DNA of 11,808 nt from a bacterium (GTDB lineage Bacteria > RBG-13-61-14 > DATKZS01), in assembly GCA_046484135.1 (NCBI GenBank), contig JAWOBU010000128.1:1-11808 (forward strand), written 5' to 3'. Shown here one piece after another: positions 1-7,151 of the stretch. The notes below the pieces were generated by a model. It had not been told where the DNA came from, ran no database searches, and saw nothing but the letters and a program-made list of their open reading frames with translations. Within the stretch, counting starts at the first letter, position 1; each line of letters begins with the position of its first letter. A program made the translations under genes and the position numbers.

Positions 1-573
1 CATCTCGCTCTCGAGCTTTCTCCGGGTAAAGCGGACCAGGTGGTCCGGGTGCTCGCCCAGGCGCGGCCAGTTCTTGCCGACAAGAAAGTTGGACCCCTGG
101 TACCAGGGAAAGCCGGGGACGCTTATCACGCATACGCCGGAAGAGACGCGGGCGAGCTCGTCAATCACTTTCCGAAAATCAATAATGTGTTCCAAGACCT
201 CGATGCAGACGGCCGCGTCAAAAGCGTGGTCCGGGAAAGGCAGGCCTCTGCCGTCTCCGGCGAGGCAGCAAAAGGAAGGGTTTATGCTCCGGGCTATGCG
301 CAAGGCGTCCGGGTCGCTCTCCAGGCCGGTGACCGGGCGGCCGGGAAACCGCAAGCTTAAATAGTAGTCCACGAACCCTTCGCCGCAGCCCACGTCCAGG
401 AGCGAGTTCCACTCGCTTTGCGCGAGCTTCGAGGCCACGGTTTCGAGAAACCTGCTTATCAAGTATCTGCGGAGGGGATTCTTCGGGAAGTACTTGGAAC
501 GGGTCTCCGGCCGGACCTTGCCGGCAAGCTCGCCCGCGAGATCGGGCCAGTTGATGCGGCGGGGCCGGGTCAT
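1..573 (-). CDS. Class I SAM-dependent methyltransferase (Methyltransf_11/25-like), 3' end beyond window
   Basis: Not in the ORF track because there is no stop in the window. Manual translation from ATG at 573 gives MTRPRRINWPDLAGELAGKVRPETRSKYFPKNPLRRYLISRFLETVASKLAQSEWNSLLDVGCGEGFVDYYL...LPFPDHAFDAAVCIEVLEH...VISVP..., open for 191 codons. Motif I LLDVGCGEG and LPF.D..FD...C.EVLEH are typical. Starts 2 nt after the upstream stop (576-578). Confidence 0.9.
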   Translation of the reverse strand, partial: MTRPRRINWPDLAGELAGKVRPETRSKYFPKNPLRRYLISRFLETVASKLAQSEWNSLLDVGCGEGFVDYYLSLRFPGRPVTGLESDPDALRIARSINPSFCCLAGDGRGLPFPDHAFDAAVCIEVLEHIIDFRKVIDELARVSSGVCVISVPGFPWYQGSNFLVGKNWPRLGEHPDHLVRFTRRKLESEM

Positions 574-575
574 GA

Positions 576-2051
576 CTAGCCCCGCAGTCTCCGCTTCAGG
601 ATGTCCCAGACCAGACCGGGCCGCTTCAAAATGTTCGAGTACCTGGCAAAGAACCACACCGGATGACGGACCAGCAGGCTCAGGTTGAACCTCCAGAACC
701 AGCGCTTGCGCAGTCTGTCCAGCTCCTCATGCGTCCACTCGGGAGTATCAATCGGGGCCTCGAAGTAGTCAACGTCCTCGTTTATCTCGGCCGGGTCTAT
801 GTACCCCTTTTTCGCGCAAAGCTCGTAAAGAGGAGTACCGGGCAAAGGAGTAAACGTAAAAAAGGAGATGCGGTCGAGGTCCAGCTTGCGGGAGAAATCC
901 AATGTGCGTTTTATCTGCTCCTTGGTTTCGCCCGGAAAGCCGATGATGAAAAAGCCGTTGGTCCCGATCTTGCGGTCCTTGATCCGGCGGGTTGCTTCTT
1001 CCAGGTGATCCAGCCGGGTGGGCTTGTGAATGATGTCTCTGAGAACGTCCTGGTCGCCGGACTCGACCGCCAGGGTAAGCTCGTAGCAGCCGCTTTCTTT
1101 CATGAGGTCCAGCATCTCTTCGTCCATGTTAATGACGTGCACGCCGTTGGGCGTGTTCCAGGTAACGTCAATCCCCCGGTGAATCATGCCCTGGAAAAGC
1201 GCCTTGGCCCGCTTGCGGTCCGAGGTCAGGTTATCGTCAAAGAACTTGAACTCGTTTATGCCGTAATCTTTGTGAAGCTGTTCCATCTCGTCAAGCACGT
1301 TTTCCACGGAGCGGGGCCGGTACTTGTTTCCCCAGAAGTTGGTGGACGAGCAGAAGGTGCACTTATACGGACAGCCGCGGGAGGTTATGATGTTCATAAA
1401 GGGACGCCGCTTGTAGACCATTCCCATGGGCTGGCTGATCCTGTCGTAGACTTCCAGGTCGAACAGGTCGCGGGCGGGAAAAGGTATCTCGTCTATCTCG
1501 GGATGCGGCGGCCGGTCCGGGTTTATCACTATCTTTTCGTTGTCGCGAAAGGTCAGCCCTTCGATGTCGGAGAGGTCTCCGTCCTTCCGGGATGACTCGA
1601 CCAGGTCAAGCATGATGAACTCGCCTTCGCCCCTGCCGATCATGTCGAGCTCCGGGCATCTTTCCAGGCACTCGCGGGAGAGGAAGGTGGGATGGGTCCC
1701 GCCGGTTATGGTCAAGGTATGGGGACGAAGAGACTTGGCGCGGCGGCAAAGCTCGGCCACGTTTCGAAACTGGCTCGAGAAGATACATGACATGCCCAGG
1801 AGGTCGGGCTTGAACCTTTCTATGCGTTTTTCGATCTCGTCGAAAGAAAGTCCGTAGCGCAAAAGTTTGTCTCCGGCCCGCTCCTCGCGGTGCCATCCCT
1901 CGGCCGCGGCGTCCAGCACCTCGAGCTCGACCTTGTCCCGCAAAACAGAAGCAAGGTAAGAGAGGCCCAGCGGAGGATGGCATTGCTTCATGCTCTGCGG
2001 CGAGAACGTCACCGGAGGATAGACCAACATGACCTTTTCTATCGGACGCAT
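576..2051 (-). CDS. B12-binding-domain radical SAM protein (class B RS methyltransferase / BchE-like superfamily), paralog 3 in transcription order
   Basis: N-terminal B12-binding domain motifs PPLGLSYLA, GGTHPT, GEGE; LPFPARDL-type linker; SRGCPYKCTFC (CxxxCxxC); F.DDN; ESG; FIIGFPGET; TPLPGT. Start placed at ATG 2051 (MRPIEKV, aligns with the paralogs, GAAGGCGG upstream); the track start is GTG 2060. Confidence 0.92.
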   Translation of the reverse strand: MRPIEKVMLVYPPVTFSPQSMKQCHPPLGLSYLASVLRDKVELEVLDAAAEGWHREERAGDKLLRYGLSFDEIEKRIERFKPDLLGMSCIFSSQFRNVAELCRRAKSLRPHTLTITGGTHPTFLSRECLERCPELDMIGRGEGEFIMLDLVESSRKDGDLSDIEGLTFRDNEKIVINPDRPPHPEIDEIPFPARDLFDLEVYDRISQPMGMVYKRRPFMNIITSRGCPYKCTFCSSTNFWGNKYRPRSVENVLDEMEQLHKDYGINEFKFFDDNLTSDRKRAKALFQGMIHRGIDVTWNTPNGVHVINMDEEMLDLMKESGCYELTLAVESGDQDVLRDIIHKPTRLDHLEEATRRIKDRKIGTNGFFIIGFPGETKEQIKRTLDFSRKLDLDRISFFTFTPLPGTPLYELCAKKGYIDPAEINEDVDYFEAPIDTPEWTHEELDRLRKRWFWRFNLSLLVRHPVWFFARYSNILKRPGLVWDILKRRLRG

Positions 2052-2070
2052 TAAAAACACCGCCTTCCAT

Positions 2071-3576
2071 CTATCCCGGCCGGGCCATGGTAACCAGCCG
2101 CTTCAAGAATACACCAAGATGCGAAAACACGTAACCCGGCCGCTTCAGAATAACGTCGCCGTAGTTCCGGAAAAATCGGACCGGGTGCCGTACGAGCAAC
2201 GCCGTCATAAAACGAAGATAAAACCTCCCGGTCAAACTCTCGACCTCCCGGGCCGACCAGTCCGGGGTGTTGATATGGCCCTTGTTGAACTCGATCCTGG
2301 TGAAGTCGAGCTCAGGCGAAAGGTATCCCTTTTCCATACTGGTCTCGCAAAGCTCGGTCCCCGGCAAAGGAGTGGCGATAAAAAAGTACGCACCGTCCAG
2401 GTCCAGACCCCGGGCCAGCCGGTACGTGTCCCACATCTGGTCTTTGCTCTCGCCCGGAAAGCCGGAGATGAAAAAGGCGTGAAGCTGAATGTCGAGTCGC
2501 TTCATCTCCTCCACCAACGGCGGGACCTTGGAAAGGTTCAAGGGCTTTTTAACAAGACGGGAGAGGACCTCCTGGTTGCCGGACTCGAAAGCCAGCGTCA
2601 AACTGTAACAGCCGGCTTTCTTCATGAGCCGCAGGAGCTCGACATCAAGCCGCCACAAGGCCACCCCGTTCGGCATGCACCAGTTGAGATCGAGGCCCCG
2701 CTCGATCATGCCCTGAAAGATTTCCACCGCCCGGTCGCGGTCGAAGATAAGGTTGTCGTCAACAAACTGGAGCTCGCGCACTCCATAGTCATTTACAAGA
2801 TGCTCCATCTCGGCGAGTACGTTCGCTGCGGAGCGGGGCCGGAACCGGTGTCCCCAGAACCTGCTGGATGAGCAGAAGGTGCAATGGGCCGGACATCCGC
2901 GCGAGGTCTGGATGGAGGTGTTACGTTCGTTAACGAAAGTGCGGGAGAAGGGCGCCTGGGTGCGGAAGTACTTTTCCATGTCGAGAAGGTCCCGGGCGGG
3001 AAAGGGCAACGCGTCCATGTCGGTTAGGGGTCCGGGAAGGTCGCCGCATACCACCTCTCCATTGTCCCGGTAAGCCACGCCCGGCATGGGGCCTAGGGTT
3101 TCACCTTTCCGGCTTTTGCTGATAAGCTCGGCCAACGTGGACTCGCCTTCGCCCCGGACGATGAGGTCGAGCTCCGCACACTGGGCAAGGCACTCGGAAG
3201 ACATGAAAGCAGGATGGGTGCCACCCGCCATGGTCACAATGTGCGGGTCAACCTCCTTGGCCGCGCGCGCCGACTCCATGACCTCCGGCCAGTTAAAAGA
3301 AGCAAGGCACGTAATGCCGACCGCGTCCGGAGCGAACTCCTGGATGCGCTCTTTTATCTCCGCAAAGGAAAGCCCGTAGACGTCAAAGGCCCCGTCCTGC
3401 CGGAGTTGCTCATAGCCTTCGTTCTTTGCGTCCAGAACGCAGACCTCGCAGAGGTCCCGGACATACGCCGCGAGGCAAGCCGCGCCCAGCGGCGGCACAT
3501 TGGCACGGAAGTAGCCCTGCAAGGCCCGCTCGGGCGGATAGATAAGAAGCAGTCTGTTTATCGGGCGCAAATTCAT
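2071..3576 (-). CDS. B12-binding-domain radical SAM protein, paralog 2
   Basis: PPLGAACLA, GGTHPA, GEGE, LPFPARDL, SRGCPAHCTFC, FVDDN, FESG, FISGFPGES, TPLPGT; 501 aa. Confidence 0.92.
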   Translation of the reverse strand: MNLRPINRLLLIYPPERALQGYFRANVPPLGAACLAAYVRDLCEVCVLDAKNEGYEQLRQDGAFDVYGLSFAEIKERIQEFAPDAVGITCLASFNWPEVMESARAAKEVDPHIVTMAGGTHPAFMSSECLAQCAELDLIVRGEGESTLAELISKSRKGETLGPMPGVAYRDNGEVVCGDLPGPLTDMDALPFPARDLLDMEKYFRTQAPFSRTFVNERNTSIQTSRGCPAHCTFCSSSRFWGHRFRPRSAANVLAEMEHLVNDYGVRELQFVDDNLIFDRDRAVEIFQGMIERGLDLNWCMPNGVALWRLDVELLRLMKKAGCYSLTLAFESGNQEVLSRLVKKPLNLSKVPPLVEEMKRLDIQLHAFFISGFPGESKDQMWDTYRLARGLDLDGAYFFIATPLPGTELCETSMEKGYLSPELDFTRIEFNKGHINTPDWSAREVESLTGRFYLRFMTALLVRHPVRFFRNYGDVILKRPGYVFSHLGVFLKRLVTMARPG

Positions 3577-3591
3577 TATAGCTCGGACATC

Positions 3592-5079
3592 CTATCTGCG
3601 GAGGGCCCGGAAAAACTTGAGCAAGAGCCCCGGATGACTGCGGAGCGTGTTGCCGTACTTTTTCACGAACCGGTCCGGCCGGGTCATGAGAAGCCGAAGA
3701 TTACTCTTCCAGAAAGCCCTTCTTTGCATCTTGATCATTTCCTCCGGCGAGACGTCGGGCAGCTTGACCGAGGGAAGGAAATAGTTGTTCTCTTGCTCAA
3801 AGTCGAAGTCGTCCCGCAGGAGGCCTTGTTCCCTGGCTTCTTCCGTCAGCGGCGTTCCCGGCAGGGGGGTGTACATGAAGATGTAAACCCGGTCGAGCTT
3901 CATCTTTACCGCCAAAGAAAGCGTGTTCTGTATCTGGCGTCTGGTCTCTCCCGGAAAGCCGATGATAAAGTAGCCCGCTGTCTCGATGCCGTGGTGCTTT
4001 ATCCTTTGCGCGGCGTGTTTTGCTTCGTCAAGATCGAGGGGCTTGTTGATGATGTCGCGCAGTACGTCCGGATCGCCGGACTCGACCGCCAGGGTGAGCT
4101 CATAGCAGCCGCTTTCTTTCATGAGGGAGAGCATCTCGTCGTCCAGGTGTTTGACCGCGATGCCGTTGGGGGTGTTCCAGTGGAGCTTCAATCCCCTGTC
4201 TCTCATTCCCTGAAACAGCGCCTTGGCCCGCTTTTCATCAAAGGTGAGGTTGTCGTCCTCGAACTTGATCTCTCCCACGCCGTAGGCGTCCCGCAAGTGG
4301 GCAATCTCGTCCAATACCCGCTCGACGCTCCGCCTCCGATAGCGCTTCCCCCAGTGGATAGTGGACGAGCAGAACCGGCAACGGTAAGGGCATCCCCGCG
4401 AGGTCGCAATGGACAGGTTCCGCCGGTCCCGGCTTATGGCCTGCATGGGAAAGTTTACGTCAAAGTACTTCTCCACCGGAAAAAGATCCCGCGCCGGAAA
4501 CGGAAGGCTGTCCAGGTCGTCCACCAGCCACCGCTCCGCGTTCTCCCGGATGTCGCCGTTGTCCTTGTACGCCAGAGCGGGAAGGCCGTCAAAGCCCCGG
4601 CCGGCGTTGATCCTGTCTATTACGGCGTTCAGGGGAAGCTCGCCCTCGCCGATCACTATGGCGTCGAGCTCCGAGCTCGACAGGCAGTGGCCGGGAAGAA
4701 AGGAGGGATAGGTGCCGCCGCTCATAATAAAAAGGTCGGGGTCAAGTTTCCTTGCCTGTCGCGCTATCTCCCGCACAAAGGGAAACTGGGAGGAGAAGAT
4801 GGTGGAGAGCCCCAAAAGGTCCGGCCCGAAGCTTTCTATCCGGGACATGATCTCGTGAAAGGAAAGACCGAACCTGATGGTGTCCTCGTCAAGGTCCTCG
4901 ACGTGGTCATACCCTTCCACCACCGAGTCCAGGACTCTGACCTCGAGGTCGTCCCGCTCGCGAAGATACGCCGCCAGCGAGGCTATGCCCAGCGGAAGCG
5001 AACAGATGTTGTTGGTAAAGCGTACGTTGGCCATGGGCGGAAAAACCAGCATGACCTTTTTTATAAGCCTTCTTGACAT
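3592..5079 (-). CDS. B12-binding-domain radical SAM protein, paralog 1 (first gene of operon)
   Basis: LPLGIASLA, GGTYPS, GEGE, LPFPARDL, SRGCPYRCRFC, FEDDN, VESG, FIIGFPGET, TPLPGT; 495 aa. Confidence 0.92.
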   Translation of the reverse strand: MSRRLIKKVMLVFPPMANVRFTNNICSLPLGIASLAAYLRERDDLEVRVLDSVVEGYDHVEDLDEDTIRFGLSFHEIMSRIESFGPDLLGLSTIFSSQFPFVREIARQARKLDPDLFIMSGGTYPSFLPGHCLSSSELDAIVIGEGELPLNAVIDRINAGRGFDGLPALAYKDNGDIRENAERWLVDDLDSLPFPARDLFPVEKYFDVNFPMQAISRDRRNLSIATSRGCPYRCRFCSSTIHWGKRYRRRSVERVLDEIAHLRDAYGVGEIKFEDDNLTFDEKRAKALFQGMRDRGLKLHWNTPNGIAVKHLDDEMLSLMKESGCYELTLAVESGDPDVLRDIINKPLDLDEAKHAAQRIKHHGIETAGYFIIGFPGETRRQIQNTLSLAVKMKLDRVYIFMYTPLPGTPLTEEAREQGLLRDDFDFEQENNYFLPSVKLPDVSPEEMIKMQRRAFWKSNLRLLMTRPDRFVKKYGNTLRSHPGLLLKFFRALRR

Positions 5080-5154
5080 TTAAACTGAACTCTGAATCCG
5101 GGGAAGGATTGTCCGGGGCCTTTATCAATCCCAGCCTAGTGTCCCTTGTTTTCA

Positions 5155-5183
5155 ACTATAGACCCACATTACCGGCGTATCAA
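5155..5183 (-). promoter_or_regulatory. Putative sigma70 promoter of the radical SAM operon
   Basis: Minus strand reads TTGATA (5183-5178), a 17-nt spacer, then TATAGT (5160-5155): 5/6 match at both hexamers with optimal spacing, ~75 nt upstream of ATG 5079. Confidence 0.65.
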
Positions 5184-5240
5184 GTGGACACGCACTGCAT
5201 ATCAGGACAAAGCGTCTTGCGGGTCTTTCCGGGACTCATT

Positions 5241-5273
5241 TTGTGTCCGCGCTTTCGCCTGTTAAATTATAAT
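5241..5273 (+). promoter_or_regulatory. Putative promoter for mazG
   Basis: TTGTGT (5241-5246), N16, TAAATT (5263-5268) preceded by an extended -10 TG; an overlapping perfect TATAAT lies at 5268-5273 without a good -35. Confidence 0.4.
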
Positions 5274-5321
5274 CGCAGTCTTTATCCCGCCCCGCGGATA
5301 AAATCCGGTAAAAGGACAAAC

Positions 5322-6125
5322 ATGGAAGAGGACAAACAAGGAAGAACGCTTGCCGAGCTGATCGAGCTCATGGCCCGGCTCCGCTCGGAAGGGGGCTGTC
5401 CGTGGGACCGGGAGCAGACCGCGGAAAGCTTGACCCCCTACATAATCGAGGAGGCTTACGAGCTGGTGGAGGCCATCCAGGAAGGGGACCCGGAACACGT
5501 GTGCGAAGAGTGCGGGGACCTCATGTTCCAGGTGGTCTTCCAGGCCAGGCTGGGCGATGAAGCGGGTCTGTTCGATATGCGCGACGTTCTCGCTAAGATC
5601 AATGAAAAGATGACCAGGCGGCATCCCCATGTTTTCGGGGATGCGAGCGCAGAGGACGCGGCAGAGGTCCGCCGGAACTGGTCGCGGATCAAAAAGGCCG
5701 AAGGAAAAGAAGTAGAGGGGGACCTGAAAAAGAGCGTTCTTGGCAAGGTCCCCAAGGTGCTTCCTGCACTGTTGCGCGGCCGGCGTCTTACGGAGAACGC
5801 CTCCGAGGTCGGCTTTGACTGGAGCACGGCCCGCGAGGTCGCCGTCAAGGTTGATGAGGAGTGGAAGGAGCTGCAGGAGAGCATTGATCAGGGCGACAAA
5901 AAGGCCATGGAGGAGGAGTTCGGGGACATGCTTTTTGTGCTGGTAAACCTGTCCCGCTTCATGGAGATAGACCCGGAGCTGTCGCTTTCCCGGGCGATAG
6001 ACAAGTTCATCCGCAGGTTCCGCTATATCGAGGAGAAGGTATGGGAAGCGGGCCGGGAGCTTTCGGCCGTGTCATTGGACGAGATGGAGAGCTATTGGGA
6101 GGAGGCCAAGTCGCGCGGGCTTTAG
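5322..6125 (+). CDS. mazG: Nucleoside triphosphate pyrophosphohydrolase MazG
   Basis: LR..GGCPWDREQT, EEAYEL.EAI, EECGDL.FQVVF, K..RRHPHVFG; second domain GFDW, EEW.EL, EEEFGD.LF.LVN..R, KF.RRF.YIE. Start set at ATG 5322 with SD AAAGGA (5311-5316); the track's N-terminal extension from 5073 is intergenic sequence. Confidence 0.96.
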   Translation: MEEDKQGRTLAELIELMARLRSEGGCPWDREQTAESLTPYIIEEAYELVEAIQEGDPEHVCEECGDLMFQVVFQARLGDEAGLFDMRDVLAKINEKMTRRHPHVFGDASAEDAAEVRRNWSRIKKAEGKEVEGDLKKSVLGKVPKVLPALLRGRRLTENASEVGFDWSTAREVAVKVDEEWKELQESIDQGDKKAMEEEFGDMLFVLVNLSRFMEIDPELSLSRAIDKFIRRFRYIEEKVWEAGRELSAVSLDEMESYWEEAKSRGL

Positions 6126-6192
6126 CCGCGGTCTCGGCATATCCCGAAGCCGGCGGAGCACGGTTTTCAGCCCGGCGGTAGTAGGAGTTTAT

Positions 6193-6516
6193 ATGACAAC
6201 CAAAGTGCGAGCCGCGCTGCTCTCGGGCCTGGTCCTGCCCGGGCTGGGTCAATGGGCGCAAGGCCGGAGAAAAGCGGGGGCTCTGTCCGCGGCCGGCTTT
6301 CTGCTTTTGCTTCTGGCTTTGGCGATAAAGATCGCTTACATCGCCTACGATTTCTGGACGGTAGCCGGCATGACCATGGCCGAGGTCCACCGCCGGGTTT
6401 ACGGTATCTGGTGGCTTATCCTTCCCCTTCTGGCGATATGGATATGGAGCACAGTGGACGCTTACATGGTCGGCAAAAAGACGGAGCCCGGCCGGGGGGA
6501 GCGCGGCGGGACATAA
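6193..6516 (+). CDS. Small integral membrane protein (DUF5683/TM2-like 'AALLS..LPGLGQ' type)
   Basis: Strong SD TAGGAG upstream; N-terminal AALLSGLVLPGLGQW motif, further hydrophobic segments and a WIWS.VDAY ending typical of these small membrane proteins. Confidence 0.75.
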   Translation: MTTKVRAALLSGLVLPGLGQWAQGRRKAGALSAAGFLLLLLALAIKIAYIAYDFWTVAGMTMAEVHRRVYGIWWLILPLLAIWIWSTVDAYMVGKKTEPGRGERGGT

Positions 6517-6565
6517 AGATATTTCTCTTTTCTGTCGTTCCTACAAGGTGCTCGGCCGGTAACCT

Positions 6566-7138
6566 TCATTCCCCTTGCGACGAAGCACTTGCTTTTTCAG
6601 CGGTCTCGTCGGACGGGACCCTCCCGGCAAGCTGCACTGCCTTTGCTACATCTTTATCAGAGCCGCCTTCACGGGCGGCGCGGGCGGCGAGCTGGACGCG
6701 CTCGAGAAAAACCACCGCTTCCCGTCGGCGGGCCTGGCCGGAAATCTTTACCCCTCCTCCGTAAACCGAGACAAAAGTGCGCGTCCACACCGTCCAGCCC
6801 AGGAAGAAGAACAGCGCCACTCCCGCGGCCACCAGCGCGGCGTATCTTGCCGGCGGCACGAAGTACATTATGACCGCGGCAACCGCGATTGACAGAGACA
6901 GAAGCAGCAGCCAGGGCCTTTTGCCGGTTCCCACGATATATGACTCGAACTGGGGGAGCGGAAACGAGGTTACCATGGAGCCGCGCAGGAGGGTGTACTG
7001 GGGCCCCAGGCAGTTGGTGCTCCCGCTGGCCAACACCCGGCGGCCGGTCAGGACCAGGTCGCAACCCTGGACCCGGAGCTCGTCCAGTATGTTTTCATCG
7101 GGAGCCAACACCTCCCGGATGGATTTGTTTGCCGCCAT
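6566..7138 (-). CDS. Hypothetical membrane protein with two central TM helices
   Basis: Follows the MXAN_5187-like gene by 13 nt. Two hydrophobic helices (WLLLLSLSIAVAAVIMYFV; YAALVAAGVALFFFLGWTVW) flanked by soluble parts. Start is ATG 7138 or TTG 7144. Confidence 0.7.
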   Translation of the reverse strand: MAANKSIREVLAPDENILDELRVQGCDLVLTGRRVLASGSTNCLGPQYTLLRGSMVTSFPLPQFESYIVGTGKRPWLLLLSLSIAVAAVIMYFVPPARYAALVAAGVALFFFLGWTVWTRTFVSVYGGGVKISGQARRREAVVFLERVQLAARAAREGGSDKDVAKAVQLAGRVPSDETAEKASASSQGE

Positions 7139-7151
7139 TTGCAAGAAGGGA

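Noticed and set aside
663..5076. Long plus-strand ORFs 663-1595, 2029-2871 and 3214-5076
   Set aside because: Antisense shadows of the radical SAM genes, expected with GC-rich codon bias; no recognisable motifs.
576..5079. Naming the radical SAM genes bchE, hpnP or hpnJ
   Set aside because: Only superfamily-level motifs are visible, and there is no photosynthesis or hopanoid gene context.
5180..5239. 19-aa minus-strand ORF MSPGKTRKTLCPDMQCVST as a possible RiPP precursor for the radical SAM enzymes
   Set aside because: It lies upstream of, and ends within, the predicted -35 element, has only a weak SD, and no peptidase, transporter or RRE partner is visible.
5080..5321. Cobalamin or SAM riboswitch upstream of the operon
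   Set aside because: No B12-box or SAM-I consensus recognised and the predicted leader is only ~70 nt; an Rfam scan would be definitive.
5073..5321. 83-aa N-terminal extension of MazG in the ORF track
   Set aside because: It spans the divergent promoter region; homology and a good SD begin at ATG 5322.
5322..6516. mazG plus membrane protein as a toxin-antitoxin or anti-phage module
   Set aside because: This is the ordinary two-domain housekeeping MazG; no mazEF or defence genes are adjacent.
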